64,000 nt of DNA from Camelus ferus (Eukaryota), in contig NC_045696.1 of assembly GCF_009834535.1 (NCBI RefSeq), positions 70,620,001 through 70,684,000 on the forward strand. The letters are read 5' to 3'. Below are positions 23,201 through 35,200 of this stretch, piece by piece. The notes under the pieces are model-generated. The model was given only the letters and a program-made list of their open reading frames with translations, did no database searches and was not told the origin of the DNA. The position numbers and the translations under genes are program-made. The number at the start of each line of letters is the position of its first letter. Positions within the stretch are counted from its first letter, which is position 1.

Positions 23201-23285
23201 TTTTCATTATACTTTGTAGGACTATTTGGCTTTTAAACATTGTATATGTATCAGTTTAAGGAAAATGTAAATTATATTTACCAAA
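20265..23285 (+). mobile_element. Long HAL1 (half-L1) element, interrupted by an L1M 3' fragment (~21500-21810) and an ERVL LTR (22558-~23025)
   Basis: Degenerate ORF1-like region (aaagcagatccttaaagcttctagagagaaac; gaagtccatggggcaatttctttcaacttctgaaagagaattatttaacatctagaatc) with no ORF2. HAL1-type 3'UTR (aatatttacatagtcataataatgtaaa; tcctcatcttcctatagg..gaagtcagtagagaatg; gtaggactatttggcttttaaac). Confidence 0.75.
22558..23025 (-). mobile_element. ERVL solo LTR (LTR16/LTR33-like)
   Basis: Begins tgtcttagtttgcatttcctcagaggcagaccctgaaacaaggatttg..caagtagtttatttgggaag, the reverse of an LTR16-type 3' end. Confidence 0.7.
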
Positions 23286-24261
23286 AAATGAACAGGTGAG
23301 TGCAAAGGAAGATGGGGTCATGATCTCAGGGTGGAGCAAGGGCTGTGGAAGACAAGACCCGGCCTCAGCCTTGACCTCAGAATGATCTTCATTGGGGTTT
23401 CCAAGAGCATCGGGTGCTGGCAGGAGGCTGGCCGTCATGAGCACCTGTGGGTGGTCTGTGAGTGGCTCCTGTCGGGTCTAGGGCTCTGGGAGAACAGAGC
23501 TGCCATTCACAGGCACTGCGAGAGCATGTTTGGGAGGAGAAGGTGGTGAGGTCACTTTGGGGCACGTGAAGGTGGGGTAGCTTGGAGCAAACCTGGGGGA
23601 GAGGTCCAGTGGTAGCTCAGGAGAGGGATGAGGGGCTCAGGGAGTTTCTGGAAATTGTTCCCAGCCAGATGACAGCAGACGGTATGGGGCTCAGTGGCGA
23701 TGTCAGTGAGACAGTCAAGGGAGGGAATTCCGGGGCAGAATCATGACATGTGTGAGGGGGAGACAGAGGAGATAGTGAGTAGATAAGAAGACTTGGTGAA
23801 GGAAGTGTGCCGGGAAGTGTGAGGTGAGGGATCATATTTCAGGAGCAGCCATCACCAGGGTGCGAGGCTGCTGTGCTGTCATCAGAAAGGATGAGATGCA
23901 AACAGAAGCTCTTGCATTTAGCCTGCACTCTGAGGTGGCAGAAAAGTCTCTGCCCGAGAAGTCAGGGGACCTACCTACTGGTCCTCTTTTCTCCTCTAAG
24001 CCTGGGCAAGTTACTTACCTCGCTGGACCTCAATTCCCACATCAGCACAACTGGACTGACAATCAGTCAGATGTAGGCACTGGTACAGTATACACGCTTG
24101 AGAAACAGAAATGCTTCCAGACCGCTTAGTAAAAAGCCATTTCCCTGAGGCCTTCAAATCTGCTCTCCTCCTGCCCCTGCCTTCCTGGTCCCTAGTCTGG
24201 GAGCCCTCCCTCCCCCAGACCCTCTTCCACTAACTACGGGAGGGTGCCTGTAGGCCCTCTC

Positions 24262-24340
24262 CCAGCTGTATGGCCTGCATCCATTCCCATTGGTTGGGCC
24301 CATATATATTGGTTGTTAAATATTTTGACTATCACCCCTG
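24262..24340 (-). mobile_element. hAT-Tip100 Arthur1-like terminal fragment, lying between MIR pieces (~23930-24050 and ~24341-24460)
   Basis: Reverse complement CAGGGGTGATAGTCAAAATATTTAACAACC resembles the Arthur1 terminus. Confidence 0.55.
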
Positions 24341-24752
24341 CTAATAATACCTTCCCTGCCTACCTGACAATGACCTGGTAAAGATCAAATGAAACAGCAG
24401 ATGTGAAAGGGCTTTGCAAAAGCTCCAAGTGCTGTCATATGTTGGGTAAAATATTGTTTTAACATCAAAATGCAAAAGTAGTGCTGCCGAGAGACGCGGT
24501 CACAGAGGGCATGGACACAGAGCTGTGATGAATTGCAGGGCTGGAGACCAGTGGGGGCAGGAGCGGGGAGGGAGCATCAGGGCAGAGAAGGGAGAGAGGA
24601 AAGGAGGGGCTGAACCCAGGCTGATTGTGCAGCCTCCATACTAAGTCATCACGATGCTGTATGCAGGACGTAGGAGATCTGGGTCCCCTACGCCCTGCCC
24701 AACCCAGCTCAGACCAAATGCTGCAATTTTGCCTTTGCATCAGAACTGGGGT

Positions 24753-24754
<2 letters not shown>

Positions 24755-24804
<50 letters not shown>
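24755..24804. repeat. (GT)25 microsatellite
   Basis: Perfect GT run read directly. Confidence 0.97.
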
Positions 24805-24805
<1 letters not shown>

Positions 24806-25529
24806 TGTTGAGGGGCAAGGAGAGGCAGGTGATGTATGTCTTTATGCATATGTTCTTGTTTGTGCAGCTTGATATGGCCTGTCACTGGTAAAAGCCCCAG
24901 GACAACAGAAACCCCAGATATTTGGGGGTCTGTGCCACCTCTAGATGTCTGGCTTCCCAGAGCCAAGCCCCAGCGTGGGGTCTTCCTATAAGATCAATCC
25001 CAGTAGTCCTCTACTCTCCCTGGGGCCCTGACCGGCTGCAAACACATTCAAACACCTTCTTTCATCCAATGCTCAGAACTGTTCTGCAAATTAGCTAATG
25101 TTATTCCTGTTTTACAGCTGAGGAAACTGAGGCTCAGAGAGATGCAGGGAGCAATGGCAAAGGTGGGACTTGGCCCCAGGTTTGTGCTTGTTTCCTTCAT
25201 CTTTACTAAACAGGCAGGACTTACTGGAGAGGTGAGTGTAACCATGTTTGACAGAAAGACAACCTTCTTTTTTAAACTCAAGCCCTGTGACTTCAAGTCC
25301 AGGGGCCTCAACAGTGACCCTCCTGGGACAACTACTACTTCAGCCAGAAGAGGGCTTCTCCAGAGGGTCCCTGGACAGCCTCGTGCCTGATCGTTTCAGC
25401 ACTGCCTCCATCTCTCTCCCATCCCCCTGTCTTTTGTACACATGTGCTCTTCTGTGTAATAACCTTCAAAGACTCCTCATGCTTTCAGGATAAAATTTAA
25501 AGTCCTGGCATGGCACATCAGGCCCTTCA

Positions 25530-25725
25530 AGGGTGACTTAGGGTTATCTTATGGTTTTTCAAGAAAAGCTAAAAGTCCAGAGTTTTATGCGAAATCTCTC
25601 AATTTTTAAATGCTGGGACAATCAAAAAAAAAGATGTTTGTATTATACAGTTCATGAGTACATACTACACTTGTGTCTTCAGGTTGAATTTGGAGACTGA
25701 GCTGCCATTTTGTGCTCTCTATTTT
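25530..25725. mobile_element. hAT-Charlie fragment (MER102-like) within L2-type sequence
   Basis: tttttcaagaaaagctaaaagtccagagttttatgcgaaatctctcaatttttaaatg...ggttgaatttgg...ctgccattttgtgctctct. Confidence 0.45.
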
Positions 25726-26059
25726 GAGCAATCTGTTCCACACATTACTTCCCAAACACACTACACATTGTTCAAGCCTCAGGATCTTTGCCCAAGCTGG
25801 TCCCTTCACCTAGAATGTCATTTCCTCCTTCCCCTAATGTCATCCCTGGGACAAATTCCTTGTTGTCTTTCAAGGTCCATGTCAACTATCACCTTTCTAT
25901 CACTGTTCATGACTGCCTCTGCCCTCCACCCCAACCCCAGGCAGAATTAACCGCTCACTCATTTGGCTCCTGTTGCACTTCCTACTAACGTCTAACAGTG
26001 CGTGTAACACCCCCAGCACGTGGGGTCTTCACCAGCACATGAAGGGAGTACATGGGCTC

Positions 26060-26260
26060 ATTCTGAGGTCTCACTTTGGGAAAAACTGCCTGGTTTAAAT
26101 CCTGGCTCCACTTTAGGTCAAGTACTTAACCTTTCAACACCTCCATTTTCTCATTTGTAAAATGGAAATTAAAATAGTGCCTACCTCATAGGAATACAGT
26201 GAGGAGGAAATGTCTATGCAAAGTGCCTTCTATAGTCTTTGCAAGTAAGTGCTGGTTTGT
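26060..26260 (+). mobile_element. MIR SINE
   Basis: ctgcctggtttaaatcctggctccac..ggtcaagtacttaacc..ccattttctcatttgtaaaatgg..tacctcatagg. Confidence 0.75.
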
Positions 26261-26784
26261 ATTTTAGTCATTAAAAAAAGAAAGAAAGAAAACACTTGGT
26301 GAGCACCTATCGTGTTATGTCCCAGGTTTGGGGTTGGGGGACAAAGTACCTTCGTTTCCATGCTCTAGTGGGAGGAGTGATGTATCTGACAACGAGTATG
26401 AAAGAAAGACCTGAGCGTGCCAAGCCTAGCTCCTTCCTTCCCTTTTCTCTTTCTTGGAGCAGGTCTGCCTGCAGGACACCTCTTCCAGGTGAAGGTGCCC
26501 AGAAGAGCTGGGGGGTGAGGGGGCATAGGGAGGGTAACATCAGGAAGGTAACACTGTGGCCACCCACTCAAGCCTCATCTTCCATTCCAAGCTTATCAAA
26601 GAGAAAGCTGGTTTTCCTATCTGCACGACTATGCATGAGTTAAGAGGAGTGTTGTTTATGAGTCCCTCCAACCAAATCCCCATGCTGCGGGTACAGAAGT
26701 GAGAGAGAGAGACAGCCACGGCTCCCATGCAGCTCGCAGTCTAGTTTCTGCCTGGTCCTCAGTGGGGAAGGAATTCTCTGAGAT

Positions 26785-26920
26785 AATGTGGTGTGGGGCA
26801 AAGAGCATGGGTGTTGGAGTCACACAGATCCGTTTGAATCCTAGTCCTGTCACTTATTAGCAGGGCAAGATTCAAGTGAGTTATTTTGGCTCTGGGCTTT
26901 GTCCTCTGTAATTTGGGGTC
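26785..26920 (+). mobile_element. MIR SINE
   Basis: aagagcatgggtgttggagtcacacagatccgtttgaatcctagtcctgtcacttattagc. Confidence 0.7.
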
Positions 26921-27655
26921 ATTAAAAGGGTCAGCGCCTATTACAGGGGAGGGCTGTTTTGCACAGTCACATCAGTGCTCCAATTAAAATGTTGACAATA
27001 TGCCCAATCATGTTGCCTCCTGCAGCCGCTGCTTTCTCAATAAGTGGCAATCTGTTCCTCTACTGCTCAGGTCAGAAACCTTAGAGTCATTCTGTGCTCC
27101 CAACCCATATCCAAATCCATCAGCAAATTCTGTTGGCTTCACAAAATATATCTGGACTTGGACCACTTCTCCTCGCCTCCCTTGTTGCCTCCTTAGTCTG
27201 AGCTGCCATCACATCCCACCTCCCTCATGGTGGTAGCTTCTTCAGTGGTCCCCTGCTTCCACTCTTCCCTCCTGTACTATATTTTCAACCCAGATGGAGC
27301 TCATTAAAAAGTAAGTCAAGTCATGCCTCTCCCCTGCTTGAATCCTTCAAAGGCTTCCCCTGGCACTCTGAGTGAAAGCCAAAATCCTCGCCACGTCTGG
27401 CCTCCAGCTGCCTTTCTGATCCATCCCCTGCTCTCCCTTCCTCCCTTGTTCTCCCTGCTCCAGCCACACTGGCCCCCTGACTGTTCCTTGGATATGCCAG
27501 TCAGGCTCCTGTCTCAAGCCTTTGCACTGTCTGTTCCCTCTGCCTAGGAATGCACTTCCCCTGGAGAATCACACAGCTGGACCACTCATCCCCTTCAAGT
27601 ATTTCTTCAAATATCTTTTCTTCACTGAGGTTTTCTTTAAAAAAATTTTTTTTCA

Positions 27656-28493
27656 AAATGCTCAATATCACTAATTATCAGAGAAATGCAAATCAAAACT
27701 ACAATGAGGTATCACCTCACACCAGTCAGAATGGCCATCATTCAAAAATCCACAAATGACAAATGCTGGAGAGGCTGTGGAGAAAAGGGAACCGTCCTAC
27801 ACTGCTGGTGGGAATGCAGTTTGGTGCAGCCACTGTGGAAAACTGTATGGAGATTCCTCAAAAGACTAGGAATAGACTTACATATGACCCAGGAATCCCA
27901 CTTCTGGACATATATCCAGAAGGAACCCTACTTCAGGATGACACCTGCACCCCAATGTTCATAGCAGCACTATTTACAATAGCCAAGACATGGAAACAAC
28001 CTAAATGTCCATCAACAGATGACTGGATAAAGAAGATGTGGTATATTTATACAATGGAATACTACTCTGCCATAAAAACTGACAACATAACGCCATTTGC
28101 AGCAACATGGATGCTCCTGGAGAATGTCATTCTAAGTGAAGTAAGCCAGAAAGAGAAAGAAAAATACCATATGAGATCGCTCATATGTGGAAAAACCAAG
28201 CAAACAAAGCATAAATACAAAACAGAAATAGATTCACAGACATAGAATATAAACTTGTGATTGCCAAGGGGGTGGGGGGTGGGAAGAGATAGACTGGGAT
28301 TTCAAAATTGTAGAATAGATAAACAAGACTATACTATATAGCACAGGGAAATATATACAATATCTTATGGTAACTCACAGAGAAAAAAATGTGACAATGA
28401 ATATATACATGTTCATGTATAACTGAAAAATTGTGCTCTACACTGGAATTTGACACAACATTGTAAAATGATTATAAATCAATAAAAAAAGTT
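27656..28493 (+). mobile_element. 5'-truncated young L1 (ORF2 C-terminus + 3'UTR)
   Basis: ORFs 27686-27964 and 27763-28245 give L1 ORF2 C-terminal peptides ([19 protein letters not shown]...; [44 protein letters not shown]). TSD AAAAATTTTTTTTCA at 27641-27655 and 28494-28508, at a TT/AAAA endonuclease site. Confidence 0.95.
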
Positions 28494-28548
28494 AAAAATT
28501 TTTTTTCATAATTTAGACATTTTCAACATTTTTAAGTATATCTCTTTA

Positions 28549-28625
28549 TATTTTTTAATTGAGGTACTGGAGATTGAATCCAGGACATCATTCATGCATT
28601 CTGGCACTGAGCTATACCCACCCCC
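28549..28625 (-). mobile_element. Degenerate tRNA-derived SINE (same family)
   Basis: Reverse complement gggggtgggtatagctcagtgccagaatgcatg..gtcctggattcaatctccagtacctcaattaaaaaa. Confidence 0.75.
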
Positions 28626-29399
28626 AACACACCGGCTTTCTTATGCTTTTAATTGCAATACCCCTTCCCGTTTACCACGTGTCTCCCCTATCTTGTATTA
28701 CTTTTCTCCAGCATTCATTTGGCATTCTTTCTAGGGCTGCTGTTAAAGTTGTGCCATTGGGTGCCTAGTTGAAGGAGCAGGAGCTGACCCGGGCTCTGCT
28801 TGCCAAGCAGTACACCGGCTCTGGCTCACCTCAGCCCAGAGGAGGGGCCTTCTCCTAATCTGCATGAAGATGCTGTACAAGTTAGTTGATACCCAAATGT
28901 TATAGATTTCATTTCTTTTTTTATTTATCATTTGGCTCTCCGTTCTCCCTCACCAGAAGGGAAGCTCCATAAGGCAGGGATTTTTGTCTGTTTTCCTCAC
29001 TACTATAACCCCAGTTCCTATAAAGGTGTGGGGCACACAGTAGGTGTTGAATAAATATTGAATCAATGACTGTGATGACTACTCAACAAATGTCATTGTA
29101 TTGAATTAAAAGTTGACACTAAAAATAAAAGACAGTCGTGCCTTCATTGAACTCTTCATATCACTTAAGGATTGCCACTGCCTAGTGGAGTGAATATTCT
29201 GAGCATTCATTACCACCTCTATCCCGCCCCCTTTGCTCACTTTCTGCTATGTCTAACAGTCTGGGTTTGTTGCCATCCAATACTGATTTCGTTTCTTCTG
29301 CATTAATCACACTCAGCCCTGCCAACTCCAGATTCCATTGTCTCATGTTTCCTGTCATTTGCTCCCCGTGAGGAAGTGTCTGCCGGATGGGGCAGAGAA

Positions 29400-30070
29400 G
29401 ATGGAACTGTGGCCAACAGCCATCCAGATCCGTGTATCCAACTGCCTGCTGCCCTCTACGTCCCTGGAAGTCCCTCAGGCACCCCCAAAGCAGCATATTC
29501 AAAATTGAACTCATTGGGTCCCTATCTTCACCCTCCCATGAACTTGCTCTTTCTAACCCAACTGGTGGCCATGGAAGTCCCCAAGCCAGAAACCTGGGAT
29601 TAACCCTCACCATCTTTCACTCCTTTAGTCCCCTCATTCAATCCACCTCCTAAATATCTTTTAAAAAGATGCCCCCTTTCACTGCCTTAGTTCAGTCCCC
29701 CTTCATCTCATTTGTTCATTCTCACTTCAGCCTCCCGACTCTTTCCCCACTGCCATCACCCTAGTTCATCCTGCAGCCAGAGTGGTCTTTCTTAAAAGTA
29801 AATCTGACTCTATGACTCTCCCCCTGAGGACACTTTAAGGGTCTCCCGTGACGAGGAGGTGACGTTTAAGCTATCAGACCCCACATCTGACATGCCTGCC
29901 CCTCCAGCCTCACATTCCATTCCTTCCTGCTCTTGCACTTTTTCCTCCTATAAAACTGAGCATAGTCCCCAGGACGTGCCACGTGATCTTACTACGTTTT
30001 GTGCTTTGCAGACGTGCTTCCCTCTGCCTGCAACGATTTCCTCCACCTCCTCTCCCAGGTGAACACTTCT
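29400..30070 (+). mobile_element. L2 LINE fragment
   Basis: gtgtatccaactgcctgctg..cagcatattcaaaattgaactc..ccaagccagaaacctggga..cagccagagtggtctttcttaaaagtaaatctgac. Confidence 0.7.
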
Positions 30071-30089
30071 ATCATTTACTCTCTTAGAA

Positions 30090-30310
30090 AGTCAGTTGGA
30101 TGTAGTGGCATCAAATTCTGCCCTCCCACTTACTAGTTATGTAAATTTAGGTCACTTTTTATGACCCTTCCTGCCTCTGTTTCCTCTTAAAATGAGAATA
30201 ATAGCAGAGGCTACCTTATTGGGTGTTTCTAATCATTAAAGCAGTTAATTGAGAAAACGCTCTAGCAATGTGTCTGGAACATGGTAAACACCTAATAAAT
30301 GTTTGCTGGT
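30090..30310 (+). mobile_element. MIR SINE
   Basis: cacttactagttatgtaaatttaggtcac..ctctgtttcctc..aaaatgagaataatag..gtctggaacatggtaaacacctaataaatg. Confidence 0.7.
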
Positions 30311-32146
30311 TTTTAATTATTTATCCCTCAAGTAAATCACCTCTTCCCTCTTCGATGCTATTTCTGCACCTTGTTCAATGTCTGTCATGCACTTGTCTCA
30401 GTGTGAGATAACTGGTTCATTCGTCTATCCCTTAGATTGGACTCACTGGACTGGGGGCTCTTTGAGGGCCAGTTGTTAAATGTGGGCTCAGTAAATATTG
30501 CTTTCATTTAATTGACCAGATGAAATAAAGACCAACCTTAAGACAGACATTCAGGAGGGCTGCACCAAGAGGGAATACTGCTGCAAACTCTTTTCTTCCA
30601 ATTCATGTCTCTGCTGCAATTCGTGTTCCAAGGTGGCCTGGCAGCCCCTCTGCCTTCGTGGCTAATGCCCTGTCTCTGGCTTCCATGCTACCGCTGGCTG
30701 CCTCAGCACTGTTTTGTCCAGGGGACCCTGGGCAGGGGGTCTCCCTTCCATGCTTATGGTGCTCAGGCAACATTCCAGAGCTTGGTGCTGACATCCAGCT
30801 CACCATCCACTGCGACGTAGCACTAATAGGGAAGCTCTGATGAGCTTGTTTAGGAAGCCGGAAGCAGGGCTGTGGAGGGTCCAAGTCTTTTGGGAGGCTG
30901 GCAGGCAAGACTGGAGCTCAGGGAACACAGGCAGCTACACGCCCCTGCAGCTTGATACTTCCTGAGCTCTGGTCTTGTCTGCCAGCCTCCCAGAAGACTT
31001 CCTTCAGTCATTCTCACTTCTGGGTACTCACTGCCGTTGAACACCAGGTGCCTCTTATCTTGATAGTAAAGATCAATCAGAGTGTTCTCAGGTTTTCACA
31101 GCCATTGGGAAATGTAGGCTGCATCTCTCTCTTTCTCTCTGATTTTTTATATGATGTAGTACTTGTGAATCACTGCCCTCTCACTGCCCTCCACCGTGCA
31201 CCCCCAACCCTGCAATCTAATGTGGAATTTCCGTAGTCATGGCTGACTATCCAAAAGAAACTTACTTTCTAAACCTTTGCCCACAGTTCTTCCTTTTGCA
31301 AGAGAAGGCTCCCAGTACTGTGCTCTGGCCCCTCCAGTGTGTGCCAGCCCCTCCCTCAGAAGCTGTCCTGGTCAGGACGACTGTCACATCTTGCTGGATC
31401 TGCTGAATGGGCTGCCCAGGGCACCGAAACCCCAATTTTGAGACACAAGAGAGCCCACCACTTTGTTAGCATTTGCAGACCCTATTAGTCCCCATCTGTC
31501 TCCTATTTCTAATTAAACATCAAAAACACGCTGCTCGGTCTGGCTGTTGATATGAAGAAAAGGGACATACCCAGAACATCACTGGCTGGGGAAGGAAGTG
31601 AGCAGTTTGAATTTGCCAAGCACTTCACAGACAGTAATGCAATAAAGAAGTCGGAAACTACATATATGTGTGTGTCTGTGTCCTGCTTTATGCAGAAAGG
31701 AGAAGATTTGGGATAAGAACAGATGACAACTCAGTTAAATTACCCTTAGCTCGGTTCATCAGAATGGCTGGGGATGGAGGCTGCCTCCCACACTCTTCCT
31801 GGAGCTCTGTCTCCGGTTGACCTCTTCCCATGTCCCTCCTTTCTGGCTCTTTTTTCCTTCTGAGAGCCCTAATAATTCTCTCCCCCAAAACTTCATCCTC
31901 AGCCCTGGCTGTTCCCTGCCCACGTGACTTTCCACTTAGGCTTGCCTTTCTCTAGGGGCCGTTTCTTCTCATGGGCTTGATTCTTTAATCCACCACCTCC
32001 CAGCTGGCTCTCTACTTTTCCTGCTCTCTTCCTCTTTCTCAGGGATGCCTTAGTTTATCCTCCTCTTCAGGGGGTTTCTAGCACTTCCCCACTGACATTA
32101 AGTTCCACAGACAGCAGAGCTACAATAGAAATGGTCCCTCCCAAAG

Positions 32147-32278
32147 GTGGGGAGGGCATAGCTCAGTGGTAGAGTATGCGCTTAGCTCATGCACAAGGTC
32201 CTGGGTTCAATCCCCACTAGCTCCATCCAAATCAATAACCTAATTACCACCCCCACCAAAAAGTTAATTAGGAAAAAA
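32147..32278 (+). mobile_element. tRNA-derived SINE (Vic-1-like)
   Basis: ggggagggcatagctcagtggtagagtatgcgcttagc..aaggtcctgggttcaatcccc. 20-bp TSD with 2 mismatches (32127-32146 and 32279-32298). Confidence 0.9.
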
Positions 32279-35200
32279 AGAAATGGTTCCTCCCCAAGAA
32301 CCTTCTCCGCACAGGGATCTGTGCCCTTTGTGGGGAGACTGCCTGAGGAAAGTAAGGCAAACTCCCCATTGTTCAGGGCAGTTGTTCAGGGCAGTTAGCT
32401 GCCAGAGACTGGAGCCATTGAACGGCTGCCCAAGCGTGGGAGGCTCTTGGCTAAGAAGCCCCATTCATGATAATACATTTTACAGACACCCTGGAGGGCT
32501 TTGAGAACCTCTACCCAGACACCCCGCTCCACAGGAAAGAGGATCCCTGTCAGCTCGAAAGAGACAGATTTCATTCCCTCAGACAAACCATAAATTGGGA
32601 GTATCTCATATGCAAATGAGCTTTCTGAAGGCTCTCTGCAGAACAGACCTTCCTCTTCTGCGAAGGCCAGAAGGGATAACCTTAGGAAAAGTGTGTTCTC
32701 AGCCCCTCCCGTGCCTAATTACTGAGCCCTTTTCTTTCTAATCATCTGTATTTTAATAAAAGAGTGTGGTAAATGTCAGAATGTCATGAGATGAATGTAT
32801 GACCTCATTTATTTTTGCAGGGGGAGAAAATGAGGCCTGAAATACCTATTTAAGTCAGGTGTTCTGAAAATGATTAAATAAGAGGAATAAGAGGACGACC
32901 TAAGTGTAAAATACAGCTCAAGAGGCCTAGTGCCACAGATTCAACCTGCTTATTACGCTGTACGATGTGAATAATTTATCACATTTTACCCTGCTTTAAG
33001 TACTGTTGAGGATTAATCTTTGGTTTATTTGCAGACCACATTAACCCCTACCTGTCTCGGCCTGCCGTTTCCTGGAGGAGGCCTGCAAGGCTCCGCCGTT
33101 CCTGTGTACACCGTAGCAAGGGCTGGACAGTAGTAACTCGCCTGAGTAGCCGTCTCCTCTGGGAATACAAAGTACCCATGTCCCCTGCTTCTGGGGCATT
33201 TTTCACCTCGTAACTTTCAAGTCTTCCCACTCTCGGGCTGTCCCCACCTATTGTCACGTCTTGCCATTTCCCTTATTCTCTAACCTTTCATTTCTACACC
33301 AGACACACTAGTCCAGGCCCTTGATTTACATGCCGGACTCAGTGCCAAAGCCTCCCTACTGACCTCCCTGGCCAGCCTCCACCCTTCAGTTTATCTTACA
33401 TATGACCCATGTTCCTAAAGTCCAGTTTCCCCCCAGCTTTCCTGGGCTTGGAAGCCTTCACTAGAGAGTCCCGCTCAAGGACACAGAGCTGCCTCCTTCA
33501 CCAGGCACCCAAGGCCTCCTTGGCCACTGTCTCTCCAACCTCACCTCCTTCTTCTCCTTTCCAGATACCCACCCTTTCAACAGACCAACCCCTACATCTC
33601 CCTGAACAGTCAGACTCTTTCCCACCTCCACCATGGACCACGTCCTCCTCCCCAGAGGAAGTGTACCTCCTGCCTTCCCTGCATCTGGACCACCTGAAAT
33701 CACTCCTGGGCTACAAACTCATTCCTCATGGCTCCAGACCGTTCTGAGCTTATCCTTCTAGCCAGCCCGTGGTAGAGCACTCCTGGAGTGGGGACTCTAA
33801 GCTTAGAAAGACTTAGAAACAGCAATCTGGTTGGAAAAGCAAGAACTGAGGACTTGTCTCCACATCATGGTGGGCGTTCGGCTGATTCTTTTAGGATCAA
33901 TTAAAACAGCAACTTTTCTAAAGGGGCTTATATTCACATCATACATAAGTTGATTTACATCACCTGCCCATGTCAAAAAACATTATTTTTATTTAGTGTT
34001 TTTTGGGGGAATGGCCAATGAAGAGGAAAAGCTGTCTCTCTAAGCCACTCCTTGACACTGCTCCTGCCCTTGAACTATTACAGGAAGTCTAAGAGGCAAA
34101 CTTACGAACAAATCTTCTGTACAGAAAAGCATCATTTACAAAGTGCACCTAGTCAGTGTCAGAAATGTTCACAAAATGATGTAAACTTTTCAAACCATTT
34201 ATTTACCTCATTTTCTGCCACCTTATTTGGTGTCTTAGAAGTTGTGTGCCTGCTTGTTCCCGATGCAGAAACCTTCCAGGACAAGAAGGCAAGTTCACTA
34301 GGAAGGCATAGCCCTTCTACTCCTCCTGCTCCTTCTACTTCCCCCGAGCAGCCTGCCCACCGTCCCCCACGGCCTCCGCCTCTGCATTCTCCCTACTCAC
34401 CTGGCTCTACGGGACCACCCTCCTATTTACTTCCTCTGCTCCCACTGAAGACAATCTCAGACCTTATGCTTTAGGATCAGAACATCACTTTTCCTTTCTC
34501 CATTGTCCAGTTGGGTCTCTTGCCTCAAATCCCTTACAGAATGAGGTAAGCAATGAACAAACAAGAGAATGATGCCCCTTGCAGGCTCTCACTAATGTAA
34601 TCATATCAGCGTGGCCCATTACTGGCCTTTCATGGACCTCATATTGCATCAGCCCTGAGGTTCAGGGGCTAACGTGACCCACCTAGGTTACCCAGCTATC
34701 GGTGTATCTCCCTTTCCCGGGGGCTTTTAGGTCACCTTCGCGCACCCAGTGTTTCCGACTGAGCCAGGCTCAAAGTTGAAGTTTACACCCCCCCCCACCA
34801 GGTAAATGACCTTCACCAGTACTGACCTACATACCTGCCTGAAGGGCAGAACAGGGACAGGCTTGTGAGCCCAAACATGATGGGTGGCAGCTTTCAAGTA
34901 GTTCCTCTCTGTGGTGAGTAGCTCAGCTTCTATGCCTGGAATGCATCAGAGAACTGCTTTCCAGTCCACCCCTCGCACAGAGGTCCCATCAGTTTCCTAG
35001 TCACACGGGTTACTTCCCTGTTGCTTCCTGCCCAGATACATTTCCAGCTGCAGCCTCAGCCCACAGGCCCAGCAGGCACCTGGGAAACAGCTGTAGGTGA
35101 CCCAGATAGTTTGTGGTCAAGGCCAGCCCAGCCCAGCCTGCCAGGAGCAACTCTTGGAACCCAAAGACAGACCGTCCCCGGGGCTCTCACCAGCTGGCCA

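Larger units (their letters stand above)
27030..29070 (+). mobile_element. L2 LINE (L2a-like) interrupted by an L1, a SINE and a short unidentified insert
   Basis: ctccagccacactggcccc..ctgttccttgg..gcctttgcactgtctgttccctctgcctaggaatg (27460-27550). 3' end gggaagctccataaggcagggatttttgtctgtttt...gggcacacagtaggtgttgaataaatattgaatcaatga (28960-29069). Confidence 0.8.

Noticed and set aside
24465..24966. ORFs with THTH/CVCV runs (also at 52.9-53.4 kb)
   Set aside because: Translations of (GT)n microsatellites.
27686..28245. 92-aa and 160-aa ORFs as host genes
   Set aside because: They are L1 ORF2 C-terminal fragments within a TSD-flanked truncated L1; the same applies to the ORFs at 11.2-12.4 kb and 42.9 kb.
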